Positions 12,538 through 25,024 of a DNA stretch of 64,000 bases are shown piece by piece (position 1 is the stretch's first letter; every line of letters starts with the position of its first letter). The stretch comes from Octopus vulgaris. Lineage: Eukaryota. Made by a program: the position numbers and the translations under genes. The DNA lies in NCBI GenBank assembly GCA_951406725.2, contig OX597823.1:76756001-76820000 (forward strand). Reading direction: 5' to 3'. Below the pieces are notes generated by a model. The model searched no databases, was not told where the DNA came from, and was given only the letters and a program-made list of their open reading frames with translations.

Positions 12538-14357
12538 CATCGGTTTAGTTGTTGAAAATTCAAAATTCATCTAAAAAATGGGGTTTAAACGATTTTTTTC
12601 CACTGTTAGCTCCGCAAATCTTCTCCACCTCAGCACTCTTTCATCATCACTTCGCACCCTAATCTGTCACAATCTCCCCCACCTCATATCTCCAACAAGT
12701 CTTTGCATTCCCTCAACACCTAATCTGTTTTCTCTTCCTCGTGTTCCTCCAATATCCACCTATATGAGGGGGGCCTAAAAAGTTCCCAGCTCTGAGTAAA
12801 AGAGAATACAAGAGGATCAGTTACTCATGATTTTATTCAACAAATTCCCATCTCAGATTCACACACTTGGTGCAGCAATCCTTCAGTTTTTCTAAGCTCA
12901 GTAAGAGAACTCAAAAGTTTGGGCCCCCATCCAGGCCTTTCACAATACCCTCAGCACCCATTCATATAATGTGAGATATCCCTGGACCAGCATACACAAC
13001 CTGCTTCATCATTTGTATCACTCTCTCCCTTTCTGAAAAATCCTAAATACCAAAACCTCTCCTTTTCTCCTGTCCCTGTTATAATCTTTCCTCTAATATT
13101 GTCTCCTCTGTTGCTCTCTCCACTAAAACCACCCTCTCACAAACTATATATCTGTTCCACTTATCATAGTTTACTCTTTCACTCATCAAAATGCCTGATA
13201 TCATTGCCCTCTCTTTCTTTTTTGCTCTCTCTCTTTCTTATTCTCCATCAGTTACAGGATCCTCTTTAGGCTCTTTAAGTACAAGGCAACCTCATTCATG
13301 TTGGTGCCACAGAAAAAGCATCTAATACATTTTATAAAGTGGATGGCATGAGGAAAGGTGTCCAACTGTAGTAAGCATGCAAATCAGACATTTGAGTATG
13401 ATGTGCTCTTCTGACTCATTGGAATCTGCTAAATCATTCAACTCATGTAAATAAAGAATAGACATGAATTGATAACGATGTTGATGATGGTGATAATGGT
13501 GAACAGAAGGAGGAGGATGATGGTGGTTCTGGTCATAGATGTCATAATCATTATTATCATTATCGTAATAGATTATTATCATTATCACAATATTAACATT
13601 ATGATAAGGCAGTGAGCTGGCAGAAAGCTTTCCAGGCAAAATTCTTAGCGGTATTTCGTCTGTCTTTATGTTCTGAGTTCAAATTCCACCGAGGTTGACT
13701 TTGCCTTTCATCCTTTCAGGGTCAATGAATCAAGTACCAGATGTATAATGGAGTCAATCTATTCGACTGGCACCCTGCCCAAAAATTTCAGGTCTTGTGC
13801 CTAGAGTAGAAAAGAATATTATCATTATCATAATAGTGGAGTTGGGATGTTGGTGGTCATGATCACAATGATGATGATGATGATGGTGGTGGTTGTGTTG
13901 ATGATGGCGATGACGACGATGACAATAAGAATTTTATGATTTTTTTCTTTTTATCCACTACAAAATAAGAGATGGAATTTCAGTTTAATTTTCATCATTA
14001 GTACAATGAAATGAACAAAAAAAGGAATAAATTTTCTTCTCACTAAACTAAACCAGATGGATCAATCAAAATTACTCTTGTGACAGAAGTAATTCCAGCC
14101 ATTGTTTGACTTGACATCATTCATTTTGAGTTCAGTTAAAGGGTGACGATGGTTATCTCAGTAAGTCCAGAGGAATGCAATGAATCAAATGTATACACAA
14201 ACACACACACACACACGCTAATGCTTGCACACATGTGTGAGTGTGGGATTAACATTGCAGCCTAAAGCCTAAAAGCAAAATACAAAGTATTGGATGGAGA
14301 AGAAATTTTCTGTAAACATTTGAATGTCTGTGTGTGTGTGTGTGTAATAATATATAT

Positions 14358-14394
<37 letters not shown>

Positions 14395-14561
14395 GAGAGA
14401 GAGAGAGAGAGAGAGATAGATAGGCAGCAATGACTGTGTGGTAAGAAGTTTGCTTCCCAACCACATTGTTCCATGTTCAGTCCCACTGCATGGCACCTTT
14501 CACAGGTGTGTTTTATTATAGTCTTGGGTTAATCAGAGTGGCTTTGGTATATATATATGTA

Positions 14562-14782
14562 AAGGCGGCAAGCTGGCAGAAACGTTATCATGCCGGGCGA
14601 AATGCATAGCCGTTACGTTCTGAGTTCAAATTCCGCCGAGGTCGACTTTGTCTTTCATCCTTTCGGGGTCGATAAATTAATTATCAGTTGCGCACTGGGG
14701 TCAATGTAATCGACTTAATCCCTTTGTCTGTCCTTGTTTGTCCTCTCTGTGTTTAGCCCCCTTGTGGGTAGTAAAGAAATAT
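14562..14782 (+). mobile_element. SINE family B, young copy
   Basis: CpG-intact AAGGCGGCAAGCTGGCAGAAACG...GAGTTCAAATTCCGCCGAGGTCGAC...TTTAGCCCCCTTGTGGGTAGTAAAGAAATA. Confidence 0.9.
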
Positions 14783-15523
14783 GTATGTAAAGAGAGAGGG
14801 GGGAAGTGGTGAATAAATTATTGACTAAATTACGCAAAAATGGAAATAACACTGATATCTCATTTTAACAAATATATTTACCAGAATTGCATAAATAATA
14901 ATAATAATTAGTAATGGAAAGACAGAAAAAAACAAAAGGATTTTTGTATTTTTTCATAGACTAGGGGATGGCTACTGACATTAAGCTTAAGGATTATATA
15001 ATGTACAAGTATAAAGGAAGAATTAAAGAAAAACAGGACTTATTATATTGAGTCCTGTTTTCTCTCTTTTCTTCTTTACTCATCTTTTTCTCTTTCTTTA
15101 TTCCTCTCTTCCTGTTTTCGATTTGACCATACTAATACACTCCCTATTTTTAGGTCACTTTAAAGAAAAATCTTTAATTCAAAAACACTGTGTATAGACT
15201 CGATATTTGGAATGACCAATTTTCAATACTGTTGGATTTTACTCATAAAGTATTGAAATCTTACATGTATACCATTTTTGCCTAAAAAACTGGATCTACA
15301 AATTCAATATCCCTACATATCACACATCCATTATCTTTCCTCCACCTCTATTTTGTATCATATCTAAATTAACTATTACTTAACTATTCTCTTGCACCAT
15401 CTCCGATGAAGGGATATATTAAATATCGTGGAAACAGCTTTAAGACCTTCTATCTATAAATGTTCTAAAATCTACAGAGCCTTGGATTTTATCTCATTCC
15501 GAAAAAAAATTTTGATAAACATT

Positions 15524-15600
<77 letters not shown>

Positions 15601-16001
15601 GTATGCATATATGTATACATATACACCTATCACACACCTACACCCACACATATGCAAACATGCATATCTGTATAAATGAAGTGGACATGAAAGTCGTACT
15701 AATGCACCAGACAGTCTTACACTCATATACATACATATACACATTACACATATATACACACGCACACACATATATATATATATAAAATATATACATACAT
15801 ATACATATACTCATGTACACATACACATTCATACAATTAAAAATGTGTGGAAGGTCGAATAGATGGATGGATGAAAGGATGGACAAACTGACGGATGAAT
15901 GGATGGATGAATGGGTGGATAGAAAGATACACAGACAGAGGGATGGACAGATGGACAGGTGGTTCAATGGATGATATTGCTTCTATGCAATATCTCAATT
16001 A

Positions 16002-16342
16002 TATATATATATATAGGAGCACTCCGTCAGTTACGACGACGAGGGTCCCCGCTGATATGATCAACGGAACAGCCTGCTCGTGAAATTAACGTGCAAGTGG
16101 CTGAGCAATTCCACAGACACGTGTACCCCTAACGTAGTCCTCAGGGAGATTCAGCATGACACAGAGAGTGACAAGGCCGGCCCTTTGAAATACAGGTACT
16201 ACTCATTTTTGCCAGCTGAGTGGACTGGAGCAACGTGAAATAAAGTGTCTTGCTCAAGGACACAACGCGTCGCCGGGAATTGAACTCACGACCTTACAAT
16301 CGTGAGCCGAATGCCCTAACCACTAAGCCACGCGCCTTCACT
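16002..16342 (-). mobile_element. SINE family D (tRNA head plus CORE-like domain)
   Basis: Minus strand TGGCTTAGTGG (A box), GAGTTCAATTCCC (B box), TTGTGTCCTTGAGCAAGACACTT. 13-bp TSD AATATCTCAATTA at 15989 and 16343. Confidence 0.9.
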
Positions 16343-16699
16343 AATATCTCAATTAGGACAAAAGCATAATAAAATATGCCCTTCAGCTGAACCAACAAAC
16401 CAATCATTTCAACATATAACCAACTGCATAAAATCTTTAAGTATAAACAGATGACATGGTTTAAAGAACAATTGTGTGTATGTATCCGAGGTATTGAGTG
16501 TGCTAAGTGTGTACATGCGAGCATGTATAGACATGTGTGTGTGTCTGTGGCTTTGTGTTGCTAAAGAACTTCTCAATAAAATTCAAATATATATTGAACA
16601 CTCACATATCATCTATTGTTATTGAATAGACATATTGAATATGACAATACGTTATGTGAAATATTCATATATTTATCAACTTTTGTATGTGTTGAATGA

Positions 16700-16734
16700 A
16701 GATATATATATATATACATATATTTACATATATA

Positions 16735-16766
<32 letters not shown>

Positions 16767-16877
16767 AGCACACATATACACATATATTTATATATATATA
16801 TATGCAAACATGTATATATACACAGACACATATACATACATATATACATATGTCTGTGTGTGTGTTTATATATGTAT

Positions 16878-16922
<45 letters not shown>

Positions 16923-17110
16923 ACAGGCACACATATATGTATATATGTATATGCACACATGTATACACAAACATAACAAATGCACATACGTATATACATG
17001 AGTGTGCGTATATGTATATATATGTGTATGTGTGTGTGTGTATGTATAAATATATATGTATGTATGCATGTACTATCTATATAAAATATATACATACATA
17101 CAGGCACACA

Positions 17111-17141
<31 letters not shown>

Positions 17142-17216
17142 GGACACATGTATACACACACATAACACACACACATATGTATATACATGAGTGTGTGTAT
17201 ATGTATATATATGTGC

Positions 17217-17265
<49 letters not shown>

Positions 17266-18223
17266 CATGTATGTATTATCTATGTATGTATGTATATGGA
17301 CATGCATATATCTGAATATATATATACATATATATGTACATATATGTATATATTTAGGTGTGTATGTATATATATATGTGTGTGTGTGTATGTGTATAAA
17401 TAGAGAGATAGATAGATACATACATACATACATACATGCATACAAGTGTACACACAGACACACACATATTTATATACCTATGTGTATATAACTACATGTG
17501 TGCACATGTGTGTAGCAAATTTAATATTATACTTACTTGTTTATCAATTCATTTATCTACTTGCTTATTCACATCTATTTATCAAATTGTATTCCATTAC
17601 AAATAATTTTTTTATTGACGTTTTTTAAAATTTTTTTTGAAAGAATTTTTTTTTTTTACTTTTTATAGCGACGTTAAAATTTATCACATAAGATGAAGTA
17701 CTACAGTATTAATTATCTCAAACGTTCCCTGAGATGATTAATGATTACGACTATCTTTCACCAATCACATCGTCGTTCTTTCTGATTTTTTTTTTTTTTG
17801 TTATATGTTGCTAATCTTATTCAGTACAATATTAATGTTATCTTACTGATCTCATACAGTTAGGCATCATTTAAAACAATCTTCTGGTGTTTTTTTTTTT
17901 TAGAGTGTTTTTGTGTTTTTGTTTTGTTTGTCTTTTTGTCTTTCAGTGTACCACCTATCTAGATATTTTCATATAGGTACATATGTAGGTAAGTATGAAA
18001 AGCCACACACACATACACACACATTCATGCATAAACACACATACACACACACATGCACAAGCACACATGCATGCATGTGCATACACATACAGAGGTAAGT
18101 ATGAAAATATGCACTCATACACGCACACACACATGCACACACACACACCTGCAGACACGCACACATGAATGTGTACACATACACAGGTAAGTATGATAAT
18201 ACACATACCCACCCACACGCACA

Positions 18224-18268
<45 letters not shown>

Positions 18269-18435
18269 GTAAGTATAAAAATACACAAACACACATATAC
18301 ACATGCACACATGCATGACTGCACACACTCATGCTCACACACACATTCACATGAGCTGATACACATACACACAAACAAATATGCATGTACATTTATCTGT
18401 CTTTTACTATTCTCTATCTCTCTCTGCATATATGT

Positions 18436-18473
<38 letters not shown>

Positions 18474-18480
18474 ATATATC
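16700..18480. repeat. Large compound (TA)n/(CA)n/(TATG)n microsatellite field
   Basis: Direct sequence; interrupted by unique DNA at about 17520-17990. Confidence 0.9.
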
Positions 18481-19139
18481 ATCATCATTTTCATTTTATA
18501 ATGATGAGAAACAAGAGTAGGCTGTGTGTGTGTGCGTGTCTGTTTTAATGTTTGTTTTTATGATAAATTATAATAAAAGCAGTTTTATATTAAACTGGAG
18601 TATTACTCAATGCTTTTTTTGTCAACTAAATATTTATCATCATTTTGCAAGCATAGTGTTGACAGTGACTTTGATAGTTCAGCCTACTTAGCCTTCTGAT
18701 CATGGCTGAGAAGCCAAAAACTTCAAAGCCACTATCAACGCTATTCTTTTAAAAGAATAATACAACTGCATTCATGAATACATATACATATAGGCAGTCA
18801 CCATATTTCATTCCATAACGACTACCTCTGATGAGCACAGGATTACATAATGTGACTGCTACCTAACACTCTGTTGAATCTCTAATGTGAAACTGAGTGG
18901 TAAGATTGGCTGTAATGAATCTATAATACTGTGAATTTGTTTTCTGACCCCCTTTGGTCATGAATGACCATGGGATTGCACCTAGAAAGTTACCCTCCGA
19001 GGCACAGATCTGGGCAAGTTTGTTTTATGGAAGACCAGCAGTCGCCCATGCATACCAGCCTCCTCTCTCCACACCACCAATGTTATCCAAGGGAAAAGCA
19101 AAGGCCGGTACAGCTTGGCATCAGTGACATCACAGCTCA

Positions 19140-19449
19140 TTTATTAACATGCAAGTGGCTGAGCACTCCACAGACACGTGTACCCTTAACGTAGTTCTCA
19201 GGGGGATTCAGCATGACACTGAGTGTGATAAGGCTGGCCCTTTGAAATACAGGTACAACAGAAACAGGAAGAAAGAGTGAGAGAAAGTTGTGAAAGAGTA
19301 CAGCAGGGTTCACCACCACCCCCTGCCAGAACCTCGTGGAATTTTAGGTGTTTTCGCTCAATAAACACTCACAATGCCCGGTCTGGGAATCGAAACCACG
19401 ATCCTATGACCACGAGTCCGCTGCCTTAACCACTGGGCATTGCGCCTCC
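19140..19449 (-). mobile_element. Chimeric SINE: family C head with family D tail
   Basis: 19255-19449 matches the head and body at 2450. 19140-19255 matches the tail at 16085-16200. Confidence 0.8.
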
Positions 19450-19667
19450 ACCTATAATACTGTACACTTCAATTAATATATATATTTGATATCCAAGACG
19501 GCAATGAGTATCAACTTCCAACTTGTCAGGCTTGATAATTGCCATGAAATCTTCCCTTAACATGAAACCAATGGTAGCCTCGTTAACTGACAAAGAAAGA
19601 ATATCTAGCCCCCAATGAGCACCCATTCTCACTGTTCAATATTAGTGTGTACATACATACATATATA

Positions 19668-20238
19668 CACTAGCCCAGAAGGAATATAAGATATGCCATG
19701 ACAATATAGCCATGCTTGTCTATTGGACACTCAGCAAAATGTATAGACTTGACAGAACAAAAAATTGGTACAACCACAAACCTGAAGGCATTGTTGAAAA
19801 TAGAAATGCAAAGATCCTATGGGATTTTATGGTTCAGTGCGACCATAAGATAGAGAATAGGAAGCCGGACATAATCTTAATTGAGAAAGAAAACAAATTA
19901 TACTGGATCATAGATATAGCATGCCCAGCAGACAACAAGGTATGTGATAAGGAAGAAAGAAAAGTCGAGAGATATGACAGGTTAGTTTGGGAAGTTAAGC
20001 AGTTGTGGTCGATAAAAAAGGTAGCCGTAGTACCAATAATTGTCGGAGCCCTGTGAACAGTGAGCAAAAATCTCGAGAAGTGCTTGGAACAAATAGGGGC
20101 TGCAATAAGAGTGGAACACTTGCAGAAAACAGCACTGCTTGGAACCGGTAAAAAAATAAGAGTTTTTACCTTAGTTCACTGGTAGTAAACAGCTGACACT
20201 GCAGTACATCTCCAGCATTAGAAGCTGTACAAAAGCAA
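19668..20238 (+). mobile_element. 5'-truncated R4/Dong-type non-LTR retrotransposon (family 1), REL endonuclease end
   Basis: WYNHKPEGIVEN..KILWDFMVQCDHKIENRKPDIILIEKE..WIIDIACP..K..RY..PIIVGAL is a PD-(D/E)XK restriction-like endonuclease; followed by (TAA)n. Confidence 0.88.
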
Positions 20239-20243
20239 TTATG

Positions 20244-20297
<54 letters not shown>

Positions 20298-20318
20298 TTA
20301 ATAATAATAATAATAATA

Positions 20319-21444
20319 AAACAGGCAAAGGAATATCTAAGTGAATTCCGAATACAACCAATTTCAGAATTAGAGATAGATATACAAGAAACAAGCACAG
20401 AAAAAGCTAGGCGCATGAAAACCCGTGCCAAAACTGCGGCCTTAGATATTCTGAATAATAAATGGCAAGAAAAACCTCTCTATGGCAAATACCCAAAGAG
20501 AGCGAATAATGCAGATATCGACAAAGCCCTGACCCATCAATGGCTAATAGCATCTGGCTTAAAATCTGAAACAGAGGGGTTTATCATAGCAGCTGAAGAT
20601 CAATGCCTACCAACAAGAAACTACCAGGCCAACATATTAAAGATCAGAAGCAGTCCAACGTGTCGTGTATGCAAGCAACAAAATGAAACCATTGACCATA
20701 TGGTCTCCAAGTGCAGTCTTCTAGCGCCTACAGAGTATCTCAACAGGCACGATAGAGCTGCACAATATATTCACTGGGTAATCTGTAAAAACCTGGATTT
20801 GCCCCATGAAAAAAACTGGTGGGAACACAAACCACCCCCAGTGCTTGAAAATGACCACATCTCACTCCTCTGGAACTTCACCATTCAAACTGACAGGAAG
20901 ATAGATGCAAATAGGCCAGACATCATATTGAAAGACTTCAAACAAAGAACATGCCTCCTCATTGATATGACTGTCCCAATCGATATAAACGTATCTGTCA
21001 AGACCTACCAAAAACTGAGCAAATATAAAGATCTTGAAATAGAAATCAGCAAAATGTGGAAGCTGAAGACTAAAACAATACCTGTTGTCATAGGTGCCCT
21101 GGGAATGATAGCAAAAGGGGCTGATAGCTACCTAACTCAGATACCAGGAAACCCAAAAATGGCAGAAGTTCAAAAGATAGTGCTCATGGGAACTGCTCAT
21201 ATCCTACGCAAAATACTCTCTATGTAATCTCAAGGTTTAAAACAAACATAATTTTCGGTTTAAAAAAAAAAAATAAAAAAAAAAAACTTTTTTTTTAGAC
21301 ATTCATTAGTACAACATCCCCACCCCCAAATATATGGCACACTAGGCATAACTACAACATGAACTTCCAACCCTGTTGTCTCTTGAGGTCTCTGGGTGAG
21401 ACTTGGAGCCAACTTGTACAAATATAAAGCAAAAGTCAAACATA
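20319..21444 (+). mobile_element. 5'-truncated R4/Dong-type non-LTR retrotransposon (family 2), C-terminal ORF open to 21227
   Basis: WQEKPLYGKY, ETEGFIIAAEDQ, CCHC knuckle CRVC..ETIDHMVSKC, RHD, NRPDIILKD..LIDMTVP..K..KY..PVVIGALG. Flanked by (TAA)n on both sides. The poly-I N-terminus in the track is microsatellite. Confidence 0.92.
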
Positions 21445-21904
21445 GAATAATAATAATAATAATAATAATGATAATAATAATAATGATAATAATAATGATA
21501 ATAATACTTTTTTATTTGGCCACAAGGATCAAACACAGACTATAATAATCGTTGAGATAATGTTGTCTTTCCACAATTTTTAGTTGTGCATTTAATACTG
21601 ATTACATTTGATGCAACACCTGATTCAACTAAGCTAATCCTGTCGTGCAGAAGTTTTGTCATCTACATGATAGAAGTCACTGAAACATTCTCAGGGCTGC
21701 TTAATGAGACATCATCATTGCTTAATGATGCTTAATGATGCTTAATGAAATGCCAATTCGTGCATTTGGAGACAAAATGAGTGACACTCTCAACACACAA
21801 CAGTTTATCCTAAACTGTATATAAGGAAATTAAAGTGAATTCAATCATTCTAAGAATGTGAAAAATAGTGAAATGTATTCTTTATATTTGGCTATCATAA
21901 ACAC

Positions 21905-22056
21905 AACATGGCTGTGTGGTAAGAAGCCTGCTTTCCAACCACATGGTTCTGGGTTTAGACTCAGTGGGTGGTACCTTGGGCAAGTTTCTTCTACTATAGC
22001 CTCAGGCCAACCAAAACCTTGTGAGCAGATTTGGTAGACAGAAACTGAAAGAAGCC

Positions 22057-22094
<38 letters not shown>

Positions 22095-22161
22095 CATATA
22101 TATATATGTATGTATGTAAGTATGTATGAATGTATGTATGTATGCATGTATGTATGTATGT

Positions 22162-22221
<60 letters not shown>

Positions 22222-22440
22222 GCATATTTTTGCATGTCTGTGTTTATGAATCCACCATCGCTTGACAACCGATGGTGTGTTTATGCCTCATGTAGCTTAG
22301 CAGTACAGCAGAAGAGACCGATAAAATAAGTACTAGGCTCACAAAGAATAAGTCCTGGGGGGCAATTTGTTCAACTAAAGGCGTTGTTCCAGCATGGCCA
22401 CAGTCAAATGACTGAAACAAGTAAAAGAATAAAAGAATAA
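21905..22440 (+). mobile_element. SINE family A with expanded internal microsatellite
   Basis: Same head and tail as other family A copies. Confidence 0.85.
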
Positions 22441-22508
22441 AGGAATAACAAAAAAACTGTCAATGAAATAACCATTGAAGAATATCAATTGTTTATTCCT
22501 TGTCGCCA

Positions 22509-23335
22509 TTAGGTTGTTCTGAAAATAATGGATGATTTCAGAAACATGATTTTATTGTGGAAAAATTAACAATAGAAATGTTTTGATTAGTCATAGTATG
22601 AACCTTGAAAATCTATGCATCTCTGCCATCAATCACGAGATTATTTATGCTTCATTGATAAAGACTTATTGACCTGATCCTTTACGGTTATCATAAATGA
22701 TCCACTTTTTGTCACAAGTGACTATTCAGTCAAGAAAAAGATAATGGGTGTTTTGCAGAAAAAGCATCAAACACACTTCAAAACACCAAAGATTTTGATT
22801 TTTATTGAGCTCATGCGGTACCCATTTATTGAGCTTTTTCACCTTACCAATCTTTTGCATATTCGACACCAAGTGCCTGAAACATTTCTCTGACACTTTG
22901 ACATGAGTTTTGTCCAACAATTGCTTTCAATTTCTCATTGTCAAGACTGCATGACTGTCCTCTACCTTCTTCATCTTCAAAGCTCTCATCACCGCTACAG
23001 AATTACTGAAACTACCTTTGTACTGTGCAATTACTTGTGGACCCTTTTCCCCATGCTCTGTTGATATTGGCAGCAGTTTGGGAAGCATTGTGCCCAAGCT
23101 TGAACTCATGCAAGAAAAGTAAGTGAAGGTCCTTTTGTTTTTTTGTCATGTTCATAATTAAGGTCACCTATGCTTCAAGAATGTTTTCTGTTTGAAATAA
23201 GAAGAAAATTATTAAAGAACATACATCAATTATTAAGCATGTCAAAATTCACCTAAAACGTAATTAAAATACTATGATAAAATTGCATTTGATAACACAA
23301 CACTTAGAACAGCCATTATTTTCAGAACAACCTAA
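22509..23335 (-). mobile_element. Internally deleted mariner transposon (second family)
   Basis: TIRs TTAGGTTGTTCTGAAAATAATGG and CCATTATTTTCAGAACAACCTAA|TA. Minus-strand KWVPHEL and IVTCDKKWIIYDN motifs. Confidence 0.9.
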
Positions 23336-24494
23336 TATATATGTGAAATATGGAGAATTAACAAATTCCTTATATTTTAAATAGCTTAAACTAATTTCAC
23401 TATATAATGTCATTTCTATTTTTTCCCCTTTTGCACTGACACAATCTTTTGGCTTTTTTGTTATAATTTATAATATAATTTATGGTATTATAATAAACCT
23501 GGCAGCTCAACAACATCATTAATTTTATCATAATCCTCATTATCATCACCTTGATAATTATAGTATGCTTCAAAAGTAATTATCTCTCAAGTTCCAGTAC
23601 CATAATAAGTGTGATGTGATAACATTGGTTTCACATCTTGACACAAAGCCACCAATTTCGGGAATGTGAGTAAGTCAATTACATTGAACCCCAGTAATCA
23701 ACTGATACTTATTTTAATGTCCCTGGGAAGGACGAAAGGCAGACTCAACCTTGGCAGAATTTGAACACAGAACATAAAGCTAGAAGAAATACTACTAAGC
23801 ATTTTACCTGCCAGCTTGCCACCTTTTGATGTGGTAATATTGATGTTGTATTAAGTCAGCGAGCTGGCAGAAACATTAGCACACCAGGCAAAATGCTTAG
23901 TGGTATTTCATCTGTCTTTACTTCCTGAGTTCAAATTCCACCAAGGTCGACTTTGCCTTTCATCTTTTCGGGGTTGATAAATTAAGAATAATTTATGGTG
24001 GGTTAAACTTTCAGACCCTTGTCTAGAATCCGAATCCTCTGTACCCCAAGATGGTTAAGTTCTCCACCTGTTAAAAGCCACTGTTTACGGAATGAGGATA
24101 ACAGCATAGCTTTTGTGCCCGTGGAACTGCTAGTCTATCGCATGTGGTGGGAGGATCTTCAAGTTGCCACACATTCTTAATAGCTTCGAGTAGGCTCGAA
24201 TTAGAGATTATTCTTTGTAGCTAATGGTGTGAGTCCTGATTAGAAGAAGAAGAAGACAACAACAGCAAATCATCAAATAGCAGCTCATTTATTAAAACTG
24301 ATTGTTATCAGCCAGTTGATGATAATAAAGTATTGTTTATAAAAATTTATTCAGTCATATGATTTGAACCCATGTTATTTATGGCAAACATCTATCATTC
24401 ATTCCTCACTCAGCTATTATATATCAGTAACATATTTAATGGAAACTTAAATAAACACTTAGAAGCTTATTTAAATCAGACTATTTTATTTCTC

Positions 24495-25024
24495 AGGCAA
24501 GTTGCATTACATTTAAGCTTGACCTAACCAATGAAGGGTTTTGGGAAGAATCAAAGACATCTTCCTTCATCAATTCTTATAAACTCATAAACAGAACACT
24601 GGCTACTGGTTAAATGTTCAGTATCAAAGCTTTCCATGACGGAAACCTAAACGGCATTTTGTGAAGCATATTATCCATAATTTTGTCGATTCTTTATGCA
24701 AGAAAGTCTTTTATATCCATTGATTTTACTGCTAATATTCGATATTGAAAATCCTGGCCGTTTTTGGTTTGGCTTCCTTCTTCGGTAGGTTTAACAGCTA
24801 TATTATCTCTGTAAGGATCATTTAGCATCGACATTAAAGAAAGGGCTATTTTAGTATTCACTTCCCATGTTCAACAGCTTGCAAGATTTAAAATTGCCAT
24901 AGCAGAATCTTCAGTCGTTTCATTGAAATGGCTTAGTAAATGCAAGAAAATGTTATCTTTTTCAATAACACTGCAGACAGCATAATCATGGTTATATGTC
25001 AAACTTACATTAACTTCTAATTTT
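24495..25024 (-). pseudogene. Candidate disabled coding exon of unknown protein
   Basis: Acceptor ttttatag| at 25025, then KLEVNVSLTYNHDYAVCSVIEKDNIFLHLLSHFNETTEDSAMAILNLASC*TWEVNTKIALSLMSMLNDPYRDNIAVKPTEEGSQTKNGQDFQYRILAVKSMDIKDFLA*RIDKIMDNMLHKMPFRFPSW. Only 2 stops in about 135 codons; no family recognised. Confidence 0.3.

Noticed and set aside
15028-15065. Small hairpin AAAACAGGACTT/GAGTCCTGTTTT
   Set aside because: Short stem in purine/pyrimidine-skewed DNA with no further support.
18790-18865. Hammerhead around CTGATGAG
   Set aside because: A closing stem exists, but no stem II-GAAA follows the core.
23995-24255. HDV-like fold in a short (AAG)n-tailed element
   Set aside because: P3 and P1 are not contiguous and the L3 sequence is atypical.
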